Assembly (NCBI RefSeq): GCF_004010195.1 | Contig: NC_057754.1 | Coordinates: 1,168,549 to 1,204,573 of the forward strand | Direction of reading: 5' to 3' | Length of the DNA stretch: 36,025 bases | Source: Chiloscyllium plagiosum | Lineage: Eukaryota | Part shown: piece after piece, positions 1 through 9,939 of the stretch | Numbering within the stretch: the stretch's first letter is position 1 | Layout of the letters: every line of letters starts with the position of its first letter | Translations under genes and position numbers: made by a program | The notes under the pieces: model-generated | The model's input: only the letters and a program-made list of their open reading frames with translations | What the model was told of the DNA's origin: nothing | Database searches by the model: none

Positions 1-39
1 CCCCCCTCTCCATGACCCTCACTCCCTGCTGCCCTCTGA

Positions 40-165
40 CCTCTCTCCGCGCGGCGCGTCCCTGAACAGGAAGTCTCTCCCTCGCGATGTTTGCTGGGAG
101 CTGCTCGGCATTCTGGGAGTTGTAGTTCGCCCAGAGCTCCACCCGGAAGTACAGAGCCAATGGAG
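40..165. promoter_or_regulatory. CpG-rich housekeeping-type promoter of an unidentified neighbouring gene (probably transcribed leftwards)
   Basis: ZNF143/THAP11 motif ACTACAACTCCCAGAATGCC (minus, 107-126), ETS sites CAGGAAGT (67-74) and CCGGAAGT (143-150), CCAAT (157-161), CpG cluster 47-87. Confidence 0.75.
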
Positions 166-171
166 CAGGCC

Positions 172-700
172 CTGCCTATAGATTGTGGCCTTTTTGAACA
201 AAATAGAATGATTCTGCAAATAAAAAGCTGCAAATGCAAATTCACCCCATAGAATTTATATATATATACACAAATAAAAGTCTGTGTGTGTGTATATACA
301 CATCTTGTCCCCCCCCCAAACACACTACATATACAGTATAAGTCTATGGGGTCAATTTTCATTTGCAGATTTTTATTTGCAAATACACCCTATTTTGTTA
401 AAAAAGCACACAATCTGTAGGCAGTCAGTCCATGTGACAGTTTATAAATTCCTTCTTTGGGGACAGAACCAGTCTGACTCAAGGTTGGGACACAGTCAGA
501 CTCTAACCTCACACCTTTGATGCAGTGTCTGAGCTGAGGTGTCACTTTTTATAAAACCTTAAGTTATCTCGGAGCTGTGACTTGAAAGGAGTTTTGGGAT
601 TTACATGTTAATCCATTGAAACCTGCACCCCCCCCATTCTAAGTGATTAAAGACTTCACAGCAATCTGTTCAATACATTACGTCATTTGCATGGCACTTT
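172..700. mobile_element. Interspersed repeat with inverted terminal arrangement (probably Penelope-like terminus)
   Basis: ~88-bp inverted arms 172-260 / 337-424 around (TA)/(CA) microsatellite, continuing rightwards as repeat-like sequence; family assignment from recall only. Confidence 0.5.
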
Positions 701-704
701 TGAG

Positions 705-915
705 CAAAGATCATTAGAGCAGAGGAGCAGTCCCTTCGTTCTCCAAGCCTGTGCCATTCCAGATCCTCTATCTAAACCCGCCATCTATTTTCTAAGGATC
801 TGTATCCCTCTGCTCCCTTCCCATTCATGTGTCTGTTTAGATCCATCTTAAATGAAGCTATCATGCCCACCTCTACCACCTCCACTGGCAAAGTGTTCCA
901 GGCACCCACCACCAA
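705..915 (-). mobile_element. CR1/HER1 LINE 3' fragment
   Basis: Minus-strand peptide VVGAWNTLPVEVVEVGMIASFKMDLNRHM is typical of the CR1 ORF2 C-terminus. Confidence 0.8.
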
Positions 916-921
916 AAGCAG

Positions 922-1090
922 TGAGTGCTGGAGGAACTCAGCAGGTCTGGCAGCATCTGTGGAGTTAACATTTTTCAGGTCAGTTTGACCACTGTTCAGA
1001 TCTGTCAGTTCTGGCTGTGTTTCTGACTCTGCCTCTATCTGCAGATGCTGCCAGACCTGCTGAGTTTCTCCAATAGCTTTCGGTTTTTCG
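922..1090. mobile_element. Palindromic Penelope-like pLTR remnant
   Basis: Inverted arms ACTCAGCAGGTCTGGCAGCATCTG / CAGATGCTGCCAGACCTGCTGAGT with a degenerate hammerhead core in the loop. Confidence 0.65.
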
Positions 1091-1139
1091 GTCCATCTCT
1101 CTAGCCTCACTCTGAGTGCACCAGTGATGTTCACTTCTG

Positions 1140-1623
1140 CTAAACCATTCTATCCACAAGTAATTCCTCAAATATCACCCAATATCCCATCGTCACACTC
1201 TTGTTAGGCTGTCCCTTACCCTGTTTGCCAACACTTTGTGTTTTCATCAAACTTTCTGAAGCGAAAACTAAGTCTTTCTCCAGGTGAAAAGAGTTTGTGT
1301 AAGATCCTGTGTAATTATGGGACTTGGATGTTTCCTTTGAAGAGAAAGGGGTTATCTTCCCCTTCATCAGAAAACCTTTTATATCTGTCATCCTCCTTGT
1401 GTACCTCTGCACTTACAGCACTGTTGACCTCTGTTTGACCTCTGCTGACCTCTGGTACTTGGCTTATGCCTCCAGCTATAATCTGCTCCATGGCTGGTTC
1501 TTTCTGAGTTTGCCTTTTGGACTCATTCTGATGGGTTGTGACGTGTCCCACTGGTTTCCCTCTCAGCCTCCAACATTCTGAATGAATATGCCCCACCTTG
1601 TTACAAAAGGTACACCTCCACAT
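1140..1623 (-). mobile_element. Degenerate Gypsy-type LTR retrotransposon gag-protease fragment
   Basis: CCHC zinc knuckle CTFCNKVGHIHSEC followed by WRLRGK, then frameshifted protease-like segment (F..KG.ITPF..VPII.QD). Confidence 0.7.
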
Positions 1624-2055
1624 TGCATTTCCTCAGGAGAACGTCAGATCCCGGAGCAGGAGTGGGTCATCTGGCCCCTGCAGCCTGCCCCGCTGTTCAA
1701 TAAGATCATGGCTGACCCCTTCATGAACTCAGCTCCACTTACCCAGATTGGATCGGGTTGGGATATCTGGGTCAGCATGGATGGGTTGGACCGAATGGTC
1801 TGTTTCCATGCTGTACATCTCTATGACTGTACCCACCCTCTCACCGTATCCCGTAACTCCTTTACTGTTCCAAAACCTTTACCTTAAAAATATTCAACGA
1901 GGTCGCCTCAACTGGGCGGGGGGGGAATCCCACGGATTGCTAACCCTCTGGGTCCCCCGCCCCCCCGTTATTTTGAGGCTGTGCCCAGTTAATGGGAACA
2001 CCCTCCCTGCATCGCTCTGATCTACTCCCTTCATCAGTTTCTATGTTTCGATGAG

Positions 2056-3077
2056 GGGTTGGTGAGGATTAGTCACTGCCAGTTCTCTGCCAACGTTTCT
2101 CCACGAGGGTCGTTTGATCGCTGGAGACTATTTGCCACCAGAAAGATATATATGTGCTGATTGTTCTCCCTCCCGCCTGTCCTTTCATACCTCTCAGTCC
2201 CCTTTATTTATACAACTACATCGTACATATTTATAAAAAAAGGTAAAATAAATATCATTTTATTGGTTTATGTATGAGTTACAAACTTTAACCAGAAAAG
2301 GAAATATATTTTTAAAATCTTGATAATGGCAGTAAAATCTCACATTAATATTTGGTAAAACTTCTTATTTCCACGTTTACTAATAATTTCTGTATCCATT
2401 TTGAAGACTTGAGGGTAAATGGAAAAAAAAATACAAGCTTGAAAAAAAACTACTGTAACGAAAATAAGTTGTTACTGAAACAACGCAAACACTACCTTAA
2501 CCAATATAACCACAATTTTATATCGTTTATTATATGCTTGTTCTCTAACATTGTAAAGATTGCAAAGTAAAAAAAAATTCTATTTACAAAAATAAATGGT
2601 TATTAAACAAGTAAACGCTACCACCAATATTCAAAATACACGACTTGTTTGTGATGGCCAATCGTCTTCGGTGGTCAAAGGATAATGGCTAGTTTTTTTA
2701 GATTAGATTAGATTAGATTACTTACAGTGTGGAAACAGGCCCTTCGGCCCAACAAGTCCACACCGACCCGCCGAAGCGTAACCCACCCAGACCCATTCTC
2801 CTACATTTACCCCTTCACCTAACACTACAGGCAATTTAGCATGGCCAATTCACCTAACCTGCACATCTTTGGACTGTGGGAGGAAACCGGAGCACCCGGA
2901 GGAAACCCACGCAGACACGGGGAGAATGTGCAAACTCCACACAGTCAGTCGCCTGAGTCGGGAATTGAACCCGGGTCTCTGGCGCTGTGAGGCAGCAGTG
3001 CTAACCACCGTGCCACCGTGCCACCCACAATTGGCGGTTGTTGGCGGTGAATCTGCTGTGGCGAATGGTCCCATCCC
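2056..3077. mobile_element. Non-autonomous AT-rich DNA transposon with imperfect ~40-bp TIRs and 8/9-bp TSD (MULE/Merlin/hAT-like, unclassified)
   Basis: TCGATGAG at 2048-2055 and 3079-3086; ends GGGTTGG...CCATCCC; interrupts a CR1 cleanly. Confidence 0.65.
2693..3026 (-). mobile_element. HE1-type V-SINE, full length
   Basis: tRNA-like head with A/B boxes (GGTTCAATTCC), V-domain GGAGTTTGCACATTCTCCCCGTGTCTGCGTGGGTTTCC, LINE-derived tail ending (TAATC)n. Confidence 0.92.
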
Positions 3078-3493
3078 ATCGATGAGATTCTCTCCCACTC
3101 TTCCAAATTCCGATGAGTACAGTCCCAGTCTACGTAACCTCTCCCAGTGAGGCAACTTCCTCAACTGCAAAATCCAACCCCCCTCGCTACCCCCCCCCGC
3201 ATGGCCTGTACATCCCCTCTCACGTAAGGAGACCAGATCCTACTCCCTCTGAATGTTCCCTTCTGATCTGAGGAGAATCCTGCCTGGTATTCCCTGTTTT
3301 CCATTCTTTCCCTCAGCTGCTGACCTTCCTTTAATCTCGCGTCTCCTATCCCTTTAGAATCAGAGGGTGACAGGACAAGGTTTAGTTTTGATGGACTGGC
3401 TGATAGACATCAGTCATTGGTGCTCAGGATAAGCCCACATCAAAGGAAGATAGTGGGAATTAAATGCTGCTGTGAACAAGTATATGAAGGATG

Positions 3494-3625
3494 TCACGGT
3501 GGCTCAGTGGTTAGCACTGCTGCCTCCGAGCACCAGAGACCTGGGTTCGATCCTGGCCTCGGGCGGCTGTCTGGATGGAGTTTGCACAATCTCCCTGTGT
3601 CTGTGTGGGTTTCCTCCCACAGTCC
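3494..3625 (+). mobile_element. HE1 V-SINE 5' part
   Basis: TGGCTCAGTGG A box, GGTTCGATCC B box, V-domain. Confidence 0.85.
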
Positions 3626-3629
3626 CACG

Positions 3630-3975
3630 TTTGCTCCCTGGAATGTAGGCGTTTGAGCGATGACCTTACAGAGGTCATATAAAATAAAGAGGGGCATAGG
3701 TTCCCTAGGGTGGGGTATTTCAAGACTAGGGGGCACGTTTTTGAGGAGAGATTTTAACAAAGACATGAGGGGCAAATCTTTTACCCCAGAGGGTGGTCTG
3801 TGTGTGGAGTGAACTTCCTGAGGGAGTGGTGGGTGTGGGTACATTTGGATAAGGACCTGGATAGGAAAGGGTTGGAGGGATATGGGCCAGGAGCAGGCAG
3901 CTGGGGCTAGTTTAGTTTGGGGTTAGGGTCGGCACGGACAGGTTGGGCCGAATGGTCTGTCCGTGCTGTAGGATT
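3630..3975 (+). mobile_element. CR1 LINE 3' fragment inserted in the SINE
   Basis: ACTAGGGGGCAC...TTTACCCCAGAGGGTGG...TGGAGTGAACTTCCTGAGG is a typical CR1 3' end. Confidence 0.75.
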
Positions 3976-3977
3976 TT

Positions 3978-4094
3978 ATGTGCAGGTTAGGGTGGATCGG
4001 CCATGGGAAATTGTCCCATAGTGCCCAGGGATGTGCAGGTTAGGGTGGATTGGCCGTGGGAAATTGTCCCATAGTGCCCAGGGATGTGCAGGTT
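3978..4094 (+). repeat. 53-bp tandem repeat derived from the HE1 body, running into an assembly gap
   Basis: Unit ATGTGCAGGTTAGGGTGGATYGGCCRTGGGAAATTGTCCCATAGTGCCCAGGG starts at 3978, 4031 and 4084. Confidence 0.85.
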
Positions 4095-5061
4095 NNNNNN
4101 NNNNNNNNNNNNNNNNNNNNNNNNNNNNNNNNNNNNNNNNNNNNNNNNNNNNNNNNNNNNNNNNNNNNNNNNNNNNNNNNNNNNNNNNNNNNNNNNNNNN
4201 NNNNNNNNNNNNNNNNNNNNNNNNNNNNNNNNNNNNNNNNNNNNNNNNNNNNNNNNNNNNNNNNNNNNNNNNNNNNNNNNNNNNNNNNNNNNNNNNNNNN
4301 NNNNNNNNNNNNNNNNNNNNNNNNNNNNNNNNNNNNNNNNNNNNNNNNNNNNNNNNNNNNNNNNNNNNNNNNNNNNNNNNNNNNNNNNNNNNNNNNNNNN
4401 NNNNNNNNNNNNNNNNNNNNNNNNNNNNNNNNNNNNNNNNNNNNNNNNNNNNNNNNNNNNNNNNNNNNNNNNNNNNNNNNNNNNNNNNNNNNNNNNNNNN
4501 NNNNNNNNNNNNNNNNNNNNNNNNNNNNNNNNNNNNNNNNNNNNNNNNNNNNNNNNNNNNNNNNNNNNNNNNNNNNNNNNNNNNNNNNNNNNNNNNNNNN
4601 NNNNNNNNNNNNNNNNNNNNNNNNNNNNNNNNNNNNNNNNNNNNNNNNNNNNNNNNNNNNNNNNNNNNNNNNNNNNNNNNNNNNNNNNNNNNNNNNNNNN
4701 NNNNNNNNNNNNNNNNNNNNNNNNNNNNNNNNNNNNNNNNNNNNNNNNNNNNNNNNNNNNNNNNNNNNNNNNNNNNNNNNNNNNNNNNNNNNNNNNNNNN
4801 NNNNNNNNNNNNNNNNNNNNNNNNNNNNNNNNNNNNNNNNNNNNNNNNNNNNNNNNNNNNNNNNNNNNNNNNNNNNNNNNNNNNNNNNNNNNNNNNNNNN
4901 NNNNNNNNNNNNNNNNNNNNNNNNNNNNNNNNNNNNNNNNNNNNNNNNNNNNNNNNNNNNNNNNNNNNNNNNNNNNNNNNNNNNNNNNNNNNNNNNNNNN
5001 NNNNNNNNNNNNNNNNNNNNNNNNNNNNNNNNNNNNNNNNNNNNNNNNNNNNNNNNNNNNN
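4095..5061. other. Assembly gap (967 N)
   Basis: Run of N. Confidence 1.
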
Positions 5062-5300
5062 ATCTTCTTCCCGACCTCTCCGCCCCCACCCCAGTCTGAC
5101 CTATCACCCTCACCTTGACCTCCCTCCACCTATCACATTTCCGACGCCCCTCCCCCAAGTCCCTCCTCCCTACCTTTTATCTTAGCCTGCTGGACACACT
5201 TTCCCCATTCCTGAAGAAGGGCTTATGCCTGAAACGTCGATTCTCCTGTTCCCTGGATGCTGCCTGACCTGCTGCACTTTTCCAGCAACACATTTTCACC
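5062..5300 (+). mobile_element. Penelope-like element 3' terminus (pLTR)
   Basis: C-rich tract, then hammerhead core, then GATGCTGCCTGACCTGCTG...TTTTCCAGCAACAC. Confidence 0.75.
5207..5242 (+). ncRNA. Minimal type I hammerhead ribozyme-like motif
   Basis: CTGAAGA (5211-5217) - A GGGC TTAT GCCT - GAAACGTC (5231-5238); short stem I. Confidence 0.55.
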
Positions 5301-5348
5301 TCAATTTCTTTAGTCATCCAGCATTCTCTACACCTCCCAACCTTTCCC

Positions 5349-5848
5349 NNNNNNNNNNNNNNNNNNNNNNNNNNNNNNNNNNNNNNNNNNNNNNNNNNNN
5401 NNNNNNNNNNNNNNNNNNNNNNNNNNNNNNNNNNNNNNNNNNNNNNNNNNNNNNNNNNNNNNNNNNNNNNNNNNNNNNNNNNNNNNNNNNNNNNNNNNNN
5501 NNNNNNNNNNNNNNNNNNNNNNNNNNNNNNNNNNNNNNNNNNNNNNNNNNNNNNNNNNNNNNNNNNNNNNNNNNNNNNNNNNNNNNNNNNNNNNNNNNNN
5601 NNNNNNNNNNNNNNNNNNNNNNNNNNNNNNNNNNNNNNNNNNNNNNNNNNNNNNNNNNNNNNNNNNNNNNNNNNNNNNNNNNNNNNNNNNNNNNNNNNNN
5701 NNNNNNNNNNNNNNNNNNNNNNNNNNNNNNNNNNNNNNNNNNNNNNNNNNNNNNNNNNNNNNNNNNNNNNNNNNNNNNNNNNNNNNNNNNNNNNNNNNNN
5801 NNNNNNNNNNNNNNNNNNNNNNNNNNNNNNNNNNNNNNNNNNNNNNNN
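5349..5848. other. Assembly gap (500 N)
   Basis: Run of exactly 500 N, likely a fixed-size scaffolding gap. Confidence 1.
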
Positions 5849-6016
5849 GTGCCAAGGTTGTACAGTTGCCCTGAGGTACATTCTGGGAGAAGCTGTTGCT
5901 ACCTTCCATGGGAACTGGCAGCAAGGTGTACCTCGCCATGTGAAACATGAGCTCACCACTTGACTCTCAAAATCAAAACTTAATCTCTCTGGAACACAAC
6001 AGAACAATCAAATCAT

Positions 6017-6022
6017 TTTATT
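6017..6022 (-). terminator. Probable POLA2 polyadenylation signal (AATAAA); 3' UTR about 6000-6427
   Basis: tttatt on + strand about 400 nt after the stop, followed on the minus strand by GU-rich TGATTGTTCTGTTGTGTTCC. Confidence 0.65.
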
Positions 6023-6083
6023 TACATTAAACCTCACCGAACCGGAGTTTTACATTAAGTCTCAGGGCTCCCATGCTTTAGGA

Positions 6084-6216
6084 ACAGAGAGAGACAGAGA
6101 GAGAGAGCGAGAGAGAGAGCGAGAGAAAGAAATAAAGAGAGAGAAAGAAAGAAAGAAAGAGAAAAATAGATGGAGCTAAGAAAGAAAGAAAGAAAGAGAA
6201 AAATAGATGGAGCTAA
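6084..6216. repeat. GA/GAAA microsatellite plus 37-bp tandem duplication in the POLA2 3' UTR
   Basis: GAAAGAAAGAAAGAAAGAGAAAAATAGATGGAGCTAA at 6143-6179 and 6180-6216. Confidence 0.9.
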
Positions 6217-6427
6217 TTTGGTCTTGTTTGATCAAGTCCTTAGTATTAGGCAAATAAAGTGCCTTGATCTGTAATGAACTCTCCAAGTTTTGCTGCATGG
6301 TCCAGGGAGGAATCCCAATACCGTGCCCAGCAGTGAGGAACCTCTCAGTAAGGCATTTCTGCTACGGCCCAGGGAATCTCCCAAATTTGGGATTGTGGGA
6401 TGAAAAAGTCCACCTGCCTCGGGAGGG

Positions 6428-6577
6428 TCAGATTTTCACCACTTGTGCAGCCACGCAGGGAGTCTGTCGATCCACCTGTTCACTACTCCGTTTGTGTACA
6501 AACAGGCGCCCGTAGGTCCCACCAACCTGGCCCTTGGTTAACCTCCCAGGGTTGACGCAGATGCAACCCAGAACATC
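6428..6577 (-). CDS. POLA2: POLA2 terminal coding exon (150 nt incl. TGA): DVLGCICVNPGRLTKGQVGGTYGRLFVHKRSSEQVDRQTPCVAAQVVKI*
   Basis: Conserved NPGRLTKGQVGGT motif and C-terminal QVVxI; acceptor caaatcAG; stop at 6428-6430. Confidence 0.97.
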   Translation of the reverse strand, partial: DVLGCICVNPGRLTKGQVGGTYGRLFVHKRSSEQVDRQTPCVAAQVVKI

Positions 6578-7334
6578 CTGATTTGGGATAAAACACAGAG
6601 GTGACCACCAAAGATTAACACTGTTTTCTCAGTCAGCACCTCCCTCCAAGCCCAGCTTTCCTCCATCCATTCCCATGGGTAGCATTCTCCCACCCGCCTT
6701 CCTTGTAGACACACACACTAAGGATAAACACAAAATAAAGTCCCTTGCAAAATGCCCAGCACAGATTCACAGAACAGAGATTTAAGTCTCCTGGAAGGAA
6801 GCCCCAACCAAGGCTAGTGGGTGCGCCTGTTGGACTGACAGGTTCATGTACCTAGATGTAAGACAAGACAGGTCCATTTCCACACCAAAACTATCAATGG
6901 TCACATGCAGGAGTTGACAAAATCTGGGATCAGGAATTAAATTTGCTGATCAGATCTAAACCAGAGTTGGCAGGGATGAGCACAATTTACTGAGGGACTT
7001 TCAAACCCATCAAAACTCAAATCCCTTTGCCCTAACCTGAATGGATCCAGCTGCATATGCTTGTACTGTTTGAACCAGGATTAATGGAAATAACAGCAAT
7101 ATCATGTTGTGTATCCTTATCTGCTGTATCTCACTTAGCCGGTCAGAGAGGAGAACATTCCTCTTTGGGTAGCTGGGAATGGTGGGTAAAAGTACAGTGC
7201 CTGGCCAACTCCTCTTGGTTTCATGTTAGATAAAGATATCAAAGATAATGCCATAAAGATCAAACAGCACCGTCCAGCACACAGTTATTACTGGGTCGGG
7301 AGAAGTCACATGCTGATAATTACAGGCTCCTCAC

Positions 7335-7461
7335 CTTAATAAAATACCGCAGCTCAGAAGGCACAATTAAAATATCAGGAGTAACAGGGAGCTGCGCATA
7401 CAACTGCAGACACTCATAATCTACGTTGATCTCCTCCGCAGGCGGGTACAGAGGATAGTAA
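7335..7461 (-). CDS. POLA2: POLA2 exon (127 nt): YYPLYPPAEEINVDYECLQLYAQLPVTPDILIVPSELRYFIK
   Basis: Conserved YYPLYPP and PDVLIIPSELRYF motifs; gcccccAG / GTGAGG; phase 2/0. Confidence 0.97.
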
Positions 7462-7702
7462 CTGGGGGCAGGGGTGAAGGAAAGAAAAGGCTGTTAGCCA
7501 ACAATCCAATATCCCTTGGTAAGCATAAAATCACATATTCACCCCACCCTCCCTTGAGCGAATACGCAGATAAAACCCTCGTTCATCATGGAGGCACTCC
7601 CCAGAATCTGCCAAAACAAATCTTCCCGAATGAGGTTTTTATATACATTTTAAATATTGGAAATGACTGTTAGTTATTGCCCGTCCCCTAGCTGCTCTTC
7701 AA

Positions 7703-7918
7703 GAAGATAGCAATGAACAGTAAACAAGAACAATGCTGTTGGGGCAGAAGCTCCAGGGTTTGGTCCGAGCTACAATGAAGGGAGTGTGAGGGAGTGTGCG
7801 TATGTGCGTGCGAAGATAGCAATGAACAGTAAACAAGAACAATGCTGTTGGGGCAGAAGCTCCAGGGTTTGGTCCGAGCTACAATGAAGGGTGTGAGGGA
7901 GTGTGCGTATGTGCGTGC
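7703..7918. repeat. Near-perfect ~109-bp tandem duplication
   Basis: GAAGATAGCAATGAACAG...GTGCGTGC starts at 7703 and 7812. Confidence 0.95.
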
Positions 7919-8347
7919 CTGTCTCTGTGCATGTCTGCGCGTGCCTGTGTGCGCGTGTGCACGCATGTATGAGAGACTTAGAGTTGATGGTGCTTGCAAA
8001 TCCCTGCAGCACTCCCATTTGTCACACTCATGGATGTTTTAAGCAAACGTTCCAGAATATCAGGAGCATTCATGAGTGACAGGGTCAAAACTCAAGGCTT
8101 GAGGTTAAATCCTCACAGATCCCTTCTTCTGCATTCACAGCTACTATGGCAGTGAAGTGGGGGGTTGGTGGGTGGGAGGGGGGGGGAGCGGTAACAGAAC
8201 ATGAGGGGCCTGCACTTGCTGTCAGTTTTCACATGTCAATGCACAGTTAGGTATGGAAAGGGGGGGGGGGGGGGGGATCCAGAGCCTGGCTGAAGTCAGT
8301 CAGTACCTTTGGGAGTGGATGGAAGGGGTCGAAAACGATTCTCTCAC

Positions 8348-8407
8348 CTTCGCTGGGTCAGAATGTGCTTGAGGATTCTCGTAAATCGGTCTGATCCGCC
8401 AGGGGGA
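8348..8407 (-). CDS. POLA2: POLA2 exon (60 nt): PPGGSDRFTRILKHILTQR(S)
   Basis: Aligns to SDRFSRILKHILTQRS; catctgcAG / GTGAGA; phase 2/2. Confidence 0.97.
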
Positions 8408-9019
8408 CTGCAGATGAAGAGATGCACAACGTTATTGGCTGAGTCACTGGCTCCACATTTATAAACACAAGACCACAACTTGACCTCAGAACAAATGTAA
8501 AGATGGGGAATGGTCCAGCATTCAAATCACTGACTCTTCATTGGAGCTGCCAACTCTAATCCCATTTCCTGTCTACTTTAATATTCTTATCAAAGACAGA
8601 TGTATGATGATTCAATGATGTTTATATTCATGGTGAAATATTCTGAGCCTTGTTCTGCAGAGTAAAAACAAAATTCTTCAATCCTGTTTCTCTGCGAGTG
8701 AAGATTCCATGCCCATTGATCCCAAACTTTCCCAGTGACTCTCTGAAGACCTTCTGCAGACTCTGCGCAAACCTCTTCTGCTACTATGTGAGCAGATTAC
8801 AGTGCCTTTGGAACTCTCTTTGAGAGAAGGTAGAAGCAGATTTTATCGCATCTTTGTAAGGCGGGGGGGGCGGGGATGGATTCTTGAAGAGCAAGGGGGT
8901 GGAAATGCTCAGAGGTTGGTGGGAATCTAAAGTGATCAGACCAGCCCTGGTTTTCAGAGCTGGATTGAGGGGCTGAGTGGCTGACGCTTGCAACTGATTG
9001 GAAGGCTTTTATCTGTAAT

Positions 9020-9230
9020 TTCTCTAACATATCCCAACCTTCTCCCTTGCATGTTAATCCATCTCCCCTCTGAAAGCCATTAATACTATTGACATCTGCT
9101 GTTTCCTGTGGGAGTGACTTCTTTACCTTCTCCAGGGAAAGAAACTTTCCCCTGAATCCCCGAGTGGCTGCTTTATACCGATGGCCCCTTGTTCTGTTTT
9201 CCCATGATTCCATCCTATCAAAACAGCAGC
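9020..9230 (-). mobile_element. Old CR1 3' fragment
   Basis: Peptide ENRTRGHRYK...FLSLEKVKKSLPQETADVNSINGFQRG. Confidence 0.65.
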
Positions 9231-9939
9231 ATTTTAAAGGCCTCCATCCCTTCTGTCACCTCTCTTCTGAGGAGATAAAACAGAGTTCCAGCCTGATCAG
9301 CTATAACAAATCGCTGCACTGAGTGAATACTTAGATTGGCAATTTGTTCCTGGATCTTTCTGGAAGTACAAGATACAGTGCACCTTAGCTGAATAACACT
9401 GCTATCTGACACTAGTCTAGATCCAAGGAGGACGTACCTCCAGGCATTGCTGCTTTACACAGCTGGGTAATGTTTATTTCAGAGACACATGGAGTGAGGA
9501 AGAGCAGTCACCTTTACACGTAATGAGCCCAGCAAAGCCAGGCTTCATAACTCAAAGCTGCCCAATGAATTAGCAGATCCCCAGAGCCTACAGGAAGCAA
9601 CTGCTGGAGGACGGATGGGGCCACCTCTCCACAAATAGCTCGCCAGGAAGTTTGTTACTTGAGATAACACAAGCCAGAAATATCATTAGCATTCGGGATC
9701 CTGGAATTTTCAGTATCTGATTAGTCCAGCACATGATGCACCATTCCAGGGCTTCCAGCTGTGCAAGGTAGGCTGCAAAATGAGAAATCTAACTCTCCTG
9801 GTTTCAGCTCTGAACTGAAGCAAGACAGATGGCCCAAAGTTAAAGGGTGTTACTCTCCATTACAGACCAGAGTCTCAGGCACAATCCCTGGCTGCTACAA
9901 GCCCAGGTCAAGCACTGCCTATCAGCTGGGAGAAAGGAC

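Larger units (their letters stand above)
1626..3170 (-). mobile_element. CR1 LINE 3' fragment (1626-2055, resuming 3079-3170), split by nested insertions
   Basis: CR1 3' sequence reads through once 2056-3078 is removed; ERLRRLGLYSSEFGRV peptide at 3080-3170; a short + strand CR1 tail at 1746-1829 is flanked by TACCCA direct repeats. Confidence 0.75.

Noticed and set aside
2950..3026. tRNA-like A/B-box sequences (also 3494, 30421, 34217)
   Set aside because: They are heads of HE1 SINEs followed by V-domain and LINE tail, not tRNA genes.
3987..6007. 200-380 aa ORFs
   Set aside because: They consist mostly of X from assembly gaps.
8604..8646. C box ATGATGA and D box CTGA, snoRNA-like
   Set aside because: Only 43 nt end to end, antisense to the host gene, no convincing terminal stem or recognisable guide.
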